The notes under the pieces were generated by a model. The model worked only from the letters and a program-made list of their open reading frames with translations. It was not told the origin of the DNA and did not search any database. A stretch of DNA of 53,021 bases, from the NCBI GenBank assembly GCA_051872765.1, contig JBJEED010000031.1:1-53021 (forward strand). The letters are read 5' to 3'. This document shows, piece by piece, positions 1 through 10,626 of this stretch. The translations under genes and the position numbers were made by a program. Every line of letters starts with the position of its first letter. Positions within the stretch are counted from its first letter, which is position 1. Source of the stretch: Bacilli bacterium (GTDB taxonomy: Bacteria; Bacillota_I; Bacilli_A; RF39; UBA660).

Positions 1-213
1 ACTTAATCTAACTCTAGCAATTTTTCTTAAAGCTGAGTTTGGTTTTTTAGGAGTCTTTGTAGACACACGAGTACAAACACCTCTTTTTTGTGGTGAACAA
101 TTATTAGTTTTTAACTTATCTTTAGAATTGTAACCAATATTTAATACTGGGCTTTTACTTTTCTTAGTTTTATCTTTTCTTCCGTTTCTAACTAATTGAT
201 TAATTGTAGCCAT
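1..213 (-). CDS. rpsL: 30S ribosomal protein S12 (3' part runs off the window)
   Basis: Not in the ORF track. Manual translation from ATG at 213: [15 protein letters not shown]...[42 protein letters not shown] upstream. Confidence 0.98.
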   Translation of the reverse strand, partial: MATINQLVRNGRKDKTKKSKSPVLNIGYNSKDKLKTNNCSPQKRGVCTRVSTKTPKKPNSALRKIARVRLS

Positions 214-307
214 TTAATTTTTCTCCTTCCTGATACACATTTCCAGGCGTATCATAATTCTTATTTTATAAGGTTTTCTAGTACAAGAAAACCCAAAAAT
301 CTATTAA

Positions 308-336
308 ATTTTATCACTAAATATGGTATATGTCAA
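308..336 (-). promoter_or_regulatory. sigmaA-type promoter for rpsL
   Basis: Minus strand TTGACA-17 nt-TAAAAT with extended -10 TG. Confidence 0.8.
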
Positions 337-375
337 CCAAAAATTTTAATTTTTCATTAAAGTTTATACTCTACT

Positions 376-1695
376 TTATAATTCTCTTTCTCCCTTATTC
401 TTAAATTGAATTATTATTGGTGTACCACTAAAATCAATATTCTGTCTTATTTTATTTTCTAAATATCTATAATAACTAAAATGCACTAATCCTTTAGAAT
501 TAACTTCAATATCAAATCTTGGTGGTTTAGTACCAGATTGATGAGTAAAATACACTTTTAGTTTCTTCCCTTTGTAAGATGCTGGTGGTGTTTCAATAAA
601 TGCATCTCTTACTATGTCATTTATTATACTTGTTTTAACTTCCTTTATTGAGTTATTATAAGATGCTAATACTTCTGGCATTAAAGTATGTATTCTTTTT
701 TTAGTTTGTGCACTTAAAAATACTACTTTAGCAAAATCCATGAATTGGAAATTATATTTTATAGATGCTTTCCATTCTTTCATCTTATCATCTTTTTCAT
801 CTATTGTATCCCATTTATTAACAACTATTACCACTGGTTTACCAGCTTCAAGAGCATAGCCTGCTATGTGCTTATCATGCTCTACTATACCTGTGATTGC
901 ATCAAGTACAAGTAAACAAACATCGCTTCTATCTATAGCCTTCATACTTCTAAGTAAGCTATATTTTTCAACAGCTTCAAATATTTTTCCCTTCTTACGA
1001 AGTCCAGCAGTATCAATCAAAGTGTACTCTTCTTTATTATAGGTAAACTTAGTATCAATCGCATCCCTTGTAGTACCAGCAACATTACTAACTATTACTC
1101 TTTGTTCATTTAATAAGGCATTAACAAGACTACTTTTACCTACATTAGGTCTTCCTATAACAGATATTTTTATATTGTTATCATCCTCTTCATAACCTTC
1201 TTCATAATTATCAGTTGCACACTTTAATAATTCATTTACTCCTCTACCATGCTCAGCAGATATTGGTATATAATTATCAAAACCAAGAGAATAAAATTCA
1301 TAAATATTCTCTTCACCCTGCTTACTATCTACTTTATTAATTGCAACGATAACTTTTTTATTTTGCTTTTTTAACATATCTCTAATTAATTCATCAGAAG
1401 TAGTTATCCCATCTTTAGCATCTACAACAAATATAATAGTATCAGCCTCTTCTATACCAATTTCAACTTGCATTTTAATTTCTTCATTAAAGTCACCATC
1501 ACTTAAATCAATCCCACCTGTATCTATTAAATAAAATGGTTTATCATTAAACATTGCTTTACTATAAATTCTATCTCTAGTTACTCCGGGCGCATCTTCA
1601 ATAATAGCTATTTTTTTACCAACTATTCTATTAAACAAAGTACTCTTTCCAGTATTAGGTCTTCCAACTAAACATATTGTTTGTTTTGCCATCAC
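376..1695 (-). CDS. der: Ribosome biogenesis GTPase Der (EngA)
   Basis: Two GTPase domains (GRPNTGKS..GVTRD..DTGG..NKVD; GRPNVGKSS..GTTRD..DTAG..NKWD) and a KH-like C-terminus. Confidence 0.97.
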   Translation of the reverse strand: MMAKQTICLVGRPNTGKSTLFNRIVGKKIAIIEDAPGVTRDRIYSKAMFNDKPFYLIDTGGIDLSDGDFNEEIKMQVEIGIEEADTIIFVVDAKDGITTSDELIRDMLKKQNKKVIVAINKVDSKQGEENIYEFYSLGFDNYIPISAEHGRGVNELLKCATDNYEEGYEEDDNNIKISVIGRPNVGKSSLVNALLNEQRVIVSNVAGTTRDAIDTKFTYNKEEYTLIDTAGLRKKGKIFEAVEKYSLLRSMKAIDRSDVCLLVLDAITGIVEHDKHIAGYALEAGKPVVIVVNKWDTIDEKDDKMKEWKASIKYNFQFMDFAKVVFLSAQTKKRIHTLMPEVLASYNNSIKEVKTSIINDIVRDAFIETPPASYKGKKLKVYFTHQSGTKPPRFDIEVNSKGLVHFSYYRYLENKIRQNIDFSGTPIIIQFKNKGEREL

Positions 1696-1803
1696 GCTTC
1701 ACCTCGCGTTAATTATACTAAAAAAACATATATTTTTCTAGTACTTACTAAATTTTAATATTTCAATTATCTTGATGTTAATAAATAATATTTTACTATA
1801 TCA

Positions 1804-2877
1804 TTATTCGTGTTTTGATACATTTAGTATTATTCCTATGCTTGCCATACTAATAAGTAAACTACTACCACCATAACTTAAGAAAGGTAATGTAACCCCT
1901 GTTACCGGTACAAGACCAACTACCACACTTAAATTTAATAATGTTTGAAATAGTAATAAGAATACTAAACCAAATATTAAGTATTTTCCAAATAAATCTT
2001 TTTGATTAATTGCACATTTTATAATATTTGCATAAAGTAAAATAAATAATATTATAACCATACTTGCTCCAATAAATCCAAATTCTTCTGTAATAATAGA
2101 AAATATAAAATCTGTTTGTGGTTCTGGTAAATAAAAATGTTTTTGTCTTGAATTTAAAAAACCAAATCCTAATAATCCACCAGGACCAATTGCATATAAA
2201 CTTTGTATGATTTGAAATCCACTTCCAAGTGGATCACTCCATGGATTAATAAATGATGTAATTCTTGCAAGTCTATACGGAGCGATTAAAATAAGAACAA
2301 TTATTCCACAGATTCCTAGTATACCTAGTTTAATAAATATAGAACAATTAACTCCTGATATAAATATAAGACCAATTAAAGAACATACAATGACCATTCC
2401 CGTACCAAAATCAGGTTCAAGCAATATTAATCCAAAGAAAGAAATTATTATTAAAAGTATTGGTAACATAAATTTATTAGTATCTCTTTTTATTTTATCG
2501 TTATTTGATAAATATTTTGATGTAAAAATAATAAGAGATAATTTAGATAATTCACTTGGCTGAAAACCAAGTCCAAATAAACCAAACCAACTTCTACTAC
2601 CATTTCTAATACTGCCTATTCCTGGTATTAAAACAAGAATAAGAAGTATTGCACTAATTAGTAAAAATAAATTAGAATATTTTTTATATATATTATAATC
2701 TATCTTAGAAAATACATACATAATAAAAATACCCATACAAAAGAAAATTCCCTGTAATATAACATATCTATATGGATTATTATACTTGTATTGTGCATAT
2801 ATATAACTACTTGAGTATATCATTACTAATCCAATTATAGAAAGTAATAATGTATATATTATTATTCTTTTCCTCAT
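1804..2877 (-). CDS. ftsW: FtsW/RodA/SpoVE family peptidoglycan polymerase
   Basis: GSRSW, FQPSELSK, LPEPQTDFIFS and TLPFLSYGGSS motifs; multi-TM; follows mraY. Could be spoVE. Confidence 0.88.
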   Translation of the reverse strand: MRKRIIIYTLLLSIIGLVMIYSSSYIYAQYKYNNPYRYVILQGIFFCMGIFIMYVFSKIDYNIYKKYSNLFLLISAILLILVLIPGIGSIRNGSRSWFGLFGLGFQPSELSKLSLIIFTSKYLSNNDKIKRDTNKFMLPILLIIISFFGLILLEPDFGTGMVIVCSLIGLIFISGVNCSIFIKLGILGICGIIVLILIAPYRLARITSFINPWSDPLGSGFQIIQSLYAIGPGGLLGFGFLNSRQKHFYLPEPQTDFIFSIITEEFGFIGASMVIILFILLYANIIKCAINQKDLFGKYLIFGLVFLLLFQTLLNLSVVVGLVPVTGVTLPFLSYGGSSLLISMASIGIILNVSKHE

Positions 2878-2925
2878 AATAAATATTATTTTTATATAAA
2901 GAAAAAAAGAACACTTATGTTCTTC

Positions 2926-3918
2926 TTACATCCATACTCCATAATATATAGCAACCATGCCAAGTAAAAATCCTACTATTAAAAATGCTTTCACAATATC
3001 ATTTTCTTCATATCCTAGTTTTTCAAAATGATGATGTATAGGTGCCATTAAGAAAACTTTTTTCTTAAACTTTATTATTGAAATTAATTGTATAATTGAT
3101 GATAAAGCCTCTATTACAAATACACCACCAATCACAGCAAGTGATAGTTCATGTTTTGTAAGTATTGCAATAGCCGCAAGAGTAGCTCCTAAACAAAGTG
3201 ATCCAGTATCCCCCATGAATACTTTAGCAGGATGAGTATTATAAACTAAAAATCCCATTATACTACCAACTAATATAAAGCAGAATATTGCTATTTCTTG
3301 ATATCCTTCTACCCACGTAGTACCCCAAGTGATAATACCAAAACTTAAAAAGGCAATTAGAGAAAGACCACCTGCTAGACCATCTAAACCATCAGTTAGA
3401 TTAACTGCATTTGATGAACCTACTAGTAAAAATAATATAAATAAACCATATAACCATTTTAAATCAACGCTAATGTTTAAGGAAGATATTGTAACATTTG
3501 CATCTCCTCCACCTTGCATATATATATAGAAAAATACAAGAGATATTAACACTTGAACTAATAACTTTTGTGGTATCGAAAGACCATCATTATTTTTATA
3601 TACCACTTTTAATAAGTCATCTACAAAACCAAGTAATGCATAAGATATAAATACAAATATTATTATTAATAAACTATGGGTTATTTCAAGACTTCCTCTT
3701 AAATATAATAATAGCATAGTAAATAATGTTGGTATTATAAATATAAGACCTCCTATTGTTGGTGTTCCTGCTTTACTTGAATGTCTAAATGCAGTAAATA
3801 TACTTATACTTTGTCCACATTTTAACTTTCTTAGTATTGGTATTAAAAAATATCCAAATACTACTGATACAAAAAAACCAAGCATTAATCCTAATATACT
3901 CTTTGCTAAAATCAACAT
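2926..3918 (-). CDS. mraY: Phospho-N-acetylmuramoyl-pentapeptide transferase
   Basis: KAGTPTIGG, NAVNLTDGLDGLA, VFMGDTGS, MAPIHHHFE. Confidence 0.97.
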   Translation of the reverse strand: MLILAKSILGLMLGFFVSVVFGYFLIPILRKLKCGQSISIFTAFRHSSKAGTPTIGGLIFIIPTLFTMLLLYLRGSLEITHSLLIIIFVFISYALLGFVDDLLKVVYKNNDGLSIPQKLLVQVLISLVFFYIYMQGGGDANVTISSLNISVDLKWLYGLFILFLLVGSSNAVNLTDGLDGLAGGLSLIAFLSFGIITWGTTWVEGYQEIAIFCFILVGSIMGFLVYNTHPAKVFMGDTGSLCLGATLAAIAILTKHELSLAVIGGVFVIEALSSIIQLISIIKFKKKVFLMAPIHHHFEKLGYEENDIVKAFLIVGFLLGMVAIYYGVWM

Positions 3919-4000
3919 ATTTTATCACGCCCTTTATATAATTATACTTTATTATTTTAAATACTATATATTTTTTTTATTAAAATTATGTAAAGTTTTA

Positions 4001-4927
4001 CTATAATGTTAGAAAAAACATCTCAATAACTTTATTTTTATCATAACCCTTTATTTTAATATCACTATCCATTTCACTTAATTTAAGTAATTTATCTAAT
4101 ATCTCATCTTTTTTATATAAGTTTATATAAGGTATTATTTTCTTTATTGTATAAGGATTTACATCTAATATATTAGAAATTGCCCCTTCATTAACCGTAC
4201 CATATAAACTCTTAACTTGAAATAATAATCTAAATTGTTTTGCAATATTATCTATTATTATAGTTGCATCAACATTAGAATCAACTAATATTTTATATGA
4301 ATTAATACAATTTCCTACTTCTTTTTTTAATACATATTCTGATAATGCAAATAATTCCTTTTCATTACTTTTACTAACCACATTATCTATGTCATCATCA
4401 CTAATACTATTATCTCCAATTTTATAAAGTAATAATTTTTTAGTTTCTGAAATTGCAATATCAGTATTATATTCACATAAATCTAATATTTTTTTCACTT
4501 GATTAAAAGATATTTTTATATTTTCTTTTTCAAACATATCAGTAATATATTTGCTTAAGTCTTTATAATCAAGCTTACCACAATTAATTACTTTTCCCTT
4601 TTGTTTTATTAATTTAGTTAAATTTTTTCTTTCATCTAGCTTTTCATCTAGACATTTTAAAACTATTATATTTTCGTTATTACTATCTATAAACTTTTTA
4701 AGGTTCTCCTCATCACTCTCTTTAATTTTTTTAAAAGAAAAATCTTCTAAAATTATTAGTTTTCTGCCACCAAATATATTAGGATAATACGCTTCTATTA
4801 TGGCGTCCATTAAATCATTATCAGTATAATTATATTTAATTGTACTAGTTATATTAAACTCTTTTACTAACTGATCTAATTTTTCTTTTATTATATTTAT
4901 TTCTTTACCTAAAAAAACATATATCAT
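4001..4927 (-). CDS. holA: DNA polymerase III subunit delta
   Basis: IYVFLGKE start, KLDERK, C-terminal D..IKIKG; typical length. Confidence 0.85.
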   Translation of the reverse strand: MIYVFLGKEINIIKEKLDQLVKEFNITSTIKYNYTDNDLMDAIIEAYYPNIFGGRKLIILEDFSFKKIKESDEENLKKFIDSNNENIIVLKCLDEKLDERKNLTKLIKQKGKVINCGKLDYKDLSKYITDMFEKENIKISFNQVKKILDLCEYNTDIAISETKKLLLYKIGDNSISDDDIDNVVSKSNEKELFALSEYVLKKEVGNCINSYKILVDSNVDATIIIDNIAKQFRLLFQVKSLYGTVNEGAISNILDVNPYTIKKIIPYINLYKKDEILDKLLKLSEMDSDIKIKGYDKNKVIEMFFLTL

Positions 4928-4928
4928 T

Positions 4929-5792
4929 TTATTTATCCTTTATTACAATACTTCTAATGCTACTATCAATAATAAATTCATCTATATTATCGATTTGTTT
5001 TTTATTAATAAAAACATTTTTATTTTTTATGCTTATTTTTAAAACTTTTAATAACTCATATAAGGACGTATATAGTTTTACTTTAACTATTATTGGTTTT
5101 TCATTATTTATAGTTATAATGGTATTATCATACATATAGTCTTGATGAATAGCTTTATGTATTGCAAGAATCTCTTCAACTGTATAGTGTACACACAAAT
5201 CACTTTTTATTTTTTTATTTGATTTAACAATACAAATATTAAAAAAAGCATTTATATATTTTTCATAAGCATGACGAGAATATAAATCATCATCATCAAT
5301 ATGAATATAACAATTTTTCATATTAAATATTTGCATAAACTCATCTATGGCTTCTAATATTTCCTCATAAAACTCATAATTTATAACCATATCTTTTAAA
5401 TCATATTTTTTATCATAAAAACTATCAACAACTAATATTGTCTTACTATTAATTTTTTTATTCAAACCATATTTAGTTAATAATTCAATAATTTGAGTTT
5501 TCTTCATCTTATTAATATTTAAAGTTGGATTTAATTTTTCTCTTTTATCCATAAAGTCATTTTCTATTAATAAACAATTTTTTATACCATCGTTAAATAT
5601 CATTTGTTTAATTCCCATAATTTTACCACTAACTGGACTAAATATATTTTTATTGTCTTCTTTTATACCTAAATATGTATTAAAGTAAACAAGACCATTT
5701 TTTGGTAAATTTAGATTTTCTTTTTTATCAAAAGGAATATAAATAAATTCAGGTGATAAATAAGTTATATATTCTTGTACTTTTTTTTCCAT
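4929..5792 (-). CDS. Degenerate RnfC-like protein (N-terminal barrel-sandwich hybrid motif, no Fe-S motifs)
   Basis: YIP..G..V..G..IFSPVSGKIMGI..IEND resembles the RnfC N-terminus; no CxxCxxC motif. Confidence 0.5.
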   Translation of the reverse strand: MEKKVQEYITYLSPEFIYIPFDKKENLNLPKNGLVYFNTYLGIKEDNKNIFSPVSGKIMGIKQMIFNDGIKNCLLIENDFMDKREKLNPTLNINKMKKTQIIELLTKYGLNKKINSKTILVVDSFYDKKYDLKDMVINYEFYEEILEAIDEFMQIFNMKNCYIHIDDDDLYSRHAYEKYINAFFNICIVKSNKKIKSDLCVHYTVEEILAIHKAIHQDYMYDNTIITINNEKPIIVKVKLYTSLYELLKVLKISIKNKNVFINKKQIDNIDEFIIDSSIRSIVIKDK

Positions 5793-5878
5793 ATGTGCCT
5801 CTCTTAAATAATTATATATTAAAATTATATTTTTTTAAAGTAAAATGAAATATATTATGTTATAATTAATATATAATA

Positions 5879-7384
5879 GTGAGGTGGTTAATAGTGATTA
5901 AAGAAGAGAATAAAGAACTATTATTTAAAACTATTCTTGCATGTCTACTTTTATTAGCTGTTTTAATATTAGGAATATATTTTATTTTTTCTATTAAGAA
6001 TAAAAATAAAGATATAAATAAAATAAATCCCTCTTCAGAACCACAAATAAAAGAAGATTATAACTATGTTACACTGAATAACTATAAAGTATATGATAAT
6101 AAAGTATCTATAAATGAAAATAATGAAATAGTTTTATATAGTGATGATGAAAATATTTCTCATTATGTTATTGGTAAATATGGGTCAATATTTAGTTCAA
6201 TGTTTCCAGTATATATTATAAATGAAAGAGCTAAATATAAAGATTATGAAGTAATTCATAACGATGAGTATTACTATTATGTTGATACTAAAAACAATAT
6301 AATATCTGAACATTATGATAATATATTTCCAATTAAAAGGTATAATGAGTATACTCATTTAATATTAGAAAATGATAAACAGTTTTATATTCTAACTTTA
6401 GATAATGATGAAATAAAAGAATTAGATAGTAATATTACTAATATTACATATGTTAATGAATTTGATAATGATTATATTAATAATAATTATTTAATTGTTT
6501 CAAATCAAGAGAATAAATATGGATTAATAGATTATCATGGTAACATAATTATAAATTTTAAATATGATTATTTGAAAACTTATATTACTGAAAATAAATT
6601 TATAGCTAAAATTGATAATAAATATGGAATTATAAATGATAAACAAGAAATAATTGTTGATTTTGACAATGATAATATTATTTTTTATAAAGATTTAAAT
6701 AATTATTCTATCTTTATAAAGAATAAAAAAATTGGAATTTATTATGAAGATAAATTGATAATTAATTATAAATTAGACTATTCTTTTACTAATGATAATG
6801 CTTTAAAATACATTGTTAATAATGATACTTTATATTTAAATTTATTTTCTAATAATTACGATGAAATATATAATTACATAATTGATAAAAACGGAATACA
6901 AACTACAAGTAAAAAAGATTATGAACCACTATATAATCAAAATAATGAACTTAAATTTTTCTATACTATAGATGAAGTAAATAATGAAAGTAAAATTACA
7001 TATTATGATTTAGATTATAATAATTTATATACAATTGAAGTTCCATATAAAAATACTTATAATAATTTTGTAATGATAGAATTAATCAAAGATAATATTT
7101 CTTCAATTAAATATACATCAACAAATAATAATATTTATTATATAGATTTGTTTAACTCAAAACAAATAAAAGAAATAGATGCTTTACATGAATATTTTAA
7201 TAATGGATATTCATTTACTTTAAACGATAATAGAGAATTAAAAATATATAAAAATAAAGAATTAATAGGTACTTTTAATGATATTGATAAATATCTTGGA
7301 GATTATTATTTCTTAAGTATAAACTATAACGAAGATGAAGATATTTACAATAGTATTATTTATAATATAGAATTTAAAAAATAA
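5879..7384 (+). CDS. Membrane-anchored WG-repeat-like protein
   Basis: N-terminal TM helix; repeats KYGLIDYHGNIIINFKYD, KYGIINDKQEIIVDFDND, KIGIYYEDKLIINYKLD. Confidence 0.7.
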   Translation: MRWLIVIKEENKELLFKTILACLLLLAVLILGIYFIFSIKNKNKDINKINPSSEPQIKEDYNYVTLNNYKVYDNKVSINENNEIVLYSDDENISHYVIGKYGSIFSSMFPVYIINERAKYKDYEVIHNDEYYYYVDTKNNIISEHYDNIFPIKRYNEYTHLILENDKQFYILTLDNDEIKELDSNITNITYVNEFDNDYINNNYLIVSNQENKYGLIDYHGNIIINFKYDYLKTYITENKFIAKIDNKYGIINDKQEIIVDFDNDNIIFYKDLNNYSIFIKNKKIGIYYEDKLIINYKLDYSFTNDNALKYIVNNDTLYLNLFSNNYDEIYNYIIDKNGIQTTSKKDYEPLYNQNNELKFFYTIDEVNNESKITYYDLDYNNLYTIEVPYKNTYNNFVMIELIKDNISSIKYTSTNNNIYYIDLFNSKQIKEIDALHEYFNNGYSFTLNDNRELKIYKNKELIGTFNDIDKYLGDYYFLSINYNEDEDIYNSIIYNIEFKK

Positions 7385-7410
7385 AATTAGAGATGACCTC
7401 TAATTTTTTT
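7383..7410. terminator. Bidirectional intrinsic terminator
   Basis: AAAATTAGAG-ATGAC-CTCTAATTTT between convergent genes. Confidence 0.8.
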
Positions 7411-7987
7411 ATTCTATTTTAAATTTACTATAGTCTTTCTTTTCTTCTCTACTGGAATACTTGATATATAATTCATATAAGTATTTTTTATTTAATATAA
7501 TTTCTCCTTTATTTTTAAATTCTAAAAATACTTCTTCTAAGTAATCTAATAAATGTGGATTTAAATTATAATATTTTTTATTATCCATAAAGTATTCATA
7601 TACTTTACCATCATTATAATTTTTCTTATTATATGTTTTTGAAGCTGCGATTCGATCACATATCATCTCAAGCATATATTTAAATGGTATTATTGGCATT
7701 TTAACTGGAGCACAATAATCATACCAATATTCAAAATGATGTTTATTTCTACCAAAATGATGTAACCAAGCAGGACTATAACCTATATCTCTTTTACATG
7801 CTGCAAGGGGACTATATTTTCCATTTGATTTTTTATAATACTTAACTGATTCTTTTATTTCTTCGTAGGAAAATTTTGATAAATCATGCATTATTCCCCT
7901 AAATGGTATACCAACTTTAACACATAATTTAAATACTTCCCATTTATGTTTATTTACTGTAGCTAAATGTTTAAAAAAATATTTCAT
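7409..7987 (-). CDS. DUF5662-like HD-type metal-binding protein
   Basis: HKWEV, HDLSKF, AWLHHFGRNKHHFEYW, EMICDRIAAS. Confidence 0.75.
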   Translation of the reverse strand: MKYFFKHLATVNKHKWEVFKLCVKVGIPFRGIMHDLSKFSYEEIKESVKYYKKSNGKYSPLAACKRDIGYSPAWLHHFGRNKHHFEYWYDYCAPVKMPIIPFKYMLEMICDRIAASKTYNKKNYNDGKVYEYFMDNKKYYNLNPHLLDYLEEVFLEFKNKGEIILNKKYLYELYIKYSSREEKKDYSKFKIE

Positions 7988-8017
7988 AATTCCTCCACAT
8001 ACAAAATATCAATATTT

Positions 8018-8242
8018 CTATTGATATTTTTGCATTTGTTTCATTAATTGATTAACTTGTTTTTGACTTGGGTTTCTACCCATTCCTCTCATTAAAGTCT
8101 TAATCATTTCCTCACTTACAGGTGGATTATCTTTTAATTGTTTTTGAAATAGTTTTTTTGCTATTAAAAATCCTACAACTACACCAATAATTAATCCAAT
8201 GACAATATATAATATATCCATTAACATATAAAGTACCTCCAT
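8018..8242 (-). CDS. yneF: YneF family (UPF0154) small membrane protein
   Basis: TM helix then LKDNPPVSEEMIK..MGRNPSQKQVNQ. Confidence 0.9.
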   Translation of the reverse strand: MEVLYMLMDILYIVIGLIIGVVVGFLIAKKLFQKQLKDNPPVSEEMIKTLMRGMGRNPSQKQVNQLMKQMQKYQ

Positions 8243-8292
8243 ATAAATTGTAACATATAAAATATTTAAATAAAATATATTTTAAAAATTAT

Positions 8293-9714
8293 TTAATACT
8301 GAATACCCCAAACTACTTCATGTTTAGCTTTTTTACCACAAACTATACAAGTTTCAGTTTCATACTCTTTAGTTTCTTTTATACATCTTGATTTACAACC
8401 TTTTATTTCTTTCATTTTAGTTTCACAATCTTGACTGCCACACCAATAAGCATTAATAAATCCTGGATTATTTTCAAGAATTTCTCTTACCTCATCTAGA
8501 GTTTTGGCATTAAATGTTCTTTTATTTTTATTTTCAAGAGCTTTATTATACATATCTAATTGCATAACATCTAGTTGTTGCATTATAGTATTAGTAACAT
8601 CATTCAATTTAGTTGTTATTTTTTCAAGAGTATCTCTTCTAACAACAGTAACTTCACTATTATCTAAATCTTTATACCCTATTTCTATTCTAAGTGGTAT
8701 TCCATTTACTTCTGCCTCAGCAAACTTAAATCCAGCTGACTTATCACTATCATCTATTGAAACTGTTATATCCTTACTATTTAAACTTTCTTTAATTTTG
8801 TTGGCTATTGATATTAATTTCTCATCATTCTTAATTGGAATAATTATAACTTGTATAGGTGCGATTTTTGGTGGTAAAACTAGTCCTCTATCATCAGAAT
8901 GAGTCATAATTAATCCACCTATCATTCTTGTACTAACTCCCCAAGATGTTTGATATACATAATCAAATTCATTATTTTTATTAACAAATTTAACATCATA
9001 AGCCTTAGCAAACTTTTGTCCAAAATAATGACTAGTTCCAGACTGTAAACATACTCCATTTTGCATTAATGCCTCAACCGTAAGGGTATACTCAGCACCA
9101 GCGAATTTCTCTTTTTCTGTCTTCCTTCCAGTCAATACTGGTATTGCTAAATATTTTTCAAAAAACTCTTTATATATATCTAGCATTCTATTTGTTTCTG
9201 CTTCAGCCTCTTCTTTAGTACTATGAACAGTATGTCCTTCTTGCCATAAAAATTCTCTACTTCTAAGAAAAGGTCTTGTTTCTTTCTCCCATCTAACAAC
9301 ATTACACCATTGATTATACAAAAGTGGTAAATCTTTATAAGATTTTACTTTCTTTGAATAATAATCTGAAAATAGTGATTCACTCGTTGGTCTAACAGCT
9401 AATCTATCTTCTAATTTATTACTTCCACCATGAGTTACCCAAGCTACTTCAGGAGCAAATCCTGCAACTAATTCACCTTCTTTTTGTAATAGATTTTCTG
9501 GTATAAAAACAGGAAGTGATACATTTTTATGACCCGTTTTTTTAAACATATCATCTAAGATTCTTTGCATACTTTCCCATATAGCATAACCATTAGGTTC
9601 TAAAATAACACATCCCTTAACTGAAGAATAATCAGCAAGTTTAGCAGCTTTTACTACATCAGTATACCACTTTGCAAAATCTTCGCTTCTAGATGTAATT
9701 TTTTCATTTTTCAT
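8293..9714 (-). CDS. proS: Proline--tRNA ligase (short archaeal/eukaryote-like type)
   Basis: RPTSE, RWEKETRPFLRSREFLWQEGH, QTSWGVSTR, C-terminal Zn-binding Cys residues. Confidence 0.97.
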   Translation of the reverse strand: MKNEKITSRSEDFAKWYTDVVKAAKLADYSSVKGCVILEPNGYAIWESMQRILDDMFKKTGHKNVSLPVFIPENLLQKEGELVAGFAPEVAWVTHGGSNKLEDRLAVRPTSESLFSDYYSKKVKSYKDLPLLYNQWCNVVRWEKETRPFLRSREFLWQEGHTVHSTKEEAEAETNRMLDIYKEFFEKYLAIPVLTGRKTEKEKFAGAEYTLTVEALMQNGVCLQSGTSHYFGQKFAKAYDVKFVNKNNEFDYVYQTSWGVSTRMIGGLIMTHSDDRGLVLPPKIAPIQVIIIPIKNDEKLISIANKIKESLNSKDITVSIDDSDKSAGFKFAEAEVNGIPLRIEIGYKDLDNSEVTVVRRDTLEKITTKLNDVTNTIMQQLDVMQLDMYNKALENKNKRTFNAKTLDEVREILENNPGFINAYWCGSQDCETKMKEIKGCKSRCIKETKEYETETCIVCGKKAKHEVVWGIQY

Positions 9715-9728
9715 AATTTTCCTCCTAA

Positions 9729-9922
9729 TAAAAAGAATGGCACTAAAGGAGTTGTATAAACAACGGTACCATCCTTATTTTTTCTTAATTATATAACGGT
9801 TTTCCCGTGTGAACTTTTAATTCACCTGTAAATGAAGATAGGAATTATTAAATATTATAATCTAGTTTACACTATCCTAGAATCACTTATATAAGGGATT
9901 TAATAATATTTCTTCAACATTT
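9729..9922 (-). promoter_or_regulatory. T-box riboswitch (Pro specifier)
   Basis: Antiterminator AAGGA-TGGTACC-GTTG-tttata-CAAC-TCCTT (9746-9776); specifier CCT (Pro) at 9840-9842 at the 3' base of stem I; U-tract before the SD. Confidence 0.9.
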
Positions 9923-9927
9923 CAAAT

Positions 9928-10335
9928 CTATTTTTCTTTTGCTTCTAATCTTTTTTGTGCTTCTTTAACTACTTTTAATGCTTGAACTCTAACCTCATCA
10001 GCAGCTTTCTCAACTACTGGTGTTCCCTTTTCAATAGCATATTTATATAATTCTTCTGCTTTCTTTCTAATTTCTTCACTTTTCTCAGCAACTATTTCTT
10101 TTGCTTTTTCTTTATCTAAATCAGCAAGTTGTGCTTGTAAAGTTTCAACTTTATATAAAAGTTCATCTTTAACTTCATCAAGATCAACATCTTTTAATTT
10201 TTTAGATAAGTCCTCTAATTTCTTAGCTAATAATTTTCTTGTATTTTCTCCTTTATCTGGAGCAAGTAATACTCCAAGACCAGCACCAACTGCTAATCCT
10301 CCTAAAAATTTTCCAAATCCACCTTTTTTACTCAT
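9928..10335 (-). CDS. YtxH domain protein
   Basis: FLGGLAVGAGLGVLLAPDKGENTRK motif plus coiled coil; start moved to ATG 10335 after SD AGGAGG. Confidence 0.85.
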   Translation of the reverse strand: MSKKGGFGKFLGGLAVGAGLGVLLAPDKGENTRKLLAKKLEDLSKKLKDVDLDEVKDELLYKVETLQAQLADLDKEKAKEIVAEKSEEIRKKAEELYKYAIEKGTPVVEKAADEVRVQALKVVKEAQKRLEAKEK

Positions 10336-10624
10336 TAATTTCATCCTCCTTTTTTGATTTTTTTGTTTTTTTAGATTTACCAAATAATTTTTTAAAACCA
10401 CCATTAATAAAACTTATGACAATTTCACTAATCATAGACATCTTACTTGTAGTAAAATCAATTATTTCAAATACTTTATCAAGACTTTTAACTTTAATAG
10501 TTACATCATCAACAAGTGCATCTACTTTATTTAATGTAAATATTAATTTAACTCCACAAATAATAGCTACAATAATTAATGCAATTAACAAGCAATATAT
10601 TGTTATTATTAACGCTTCAGCCAT
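10328..10624 (-). CDS. YtxG/DUF948-like small membrane protein
   Basis: N-terminal TM helix plus coiled coil, overlaps the YtxH-like gene as in the Bacillus ytxGH pair. Confidence 0.55.
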   Translation of the reverse strand: MAEALIITIYCLLIALIIVAIICGVKLIFTLNKVDALVDDVTIKVKSLDKVFEIIDFTTSKMSMISEIVISFINGGFKKLFGKSKKTKKSKKEDEINE

Positions 10625-10626
10625 TT

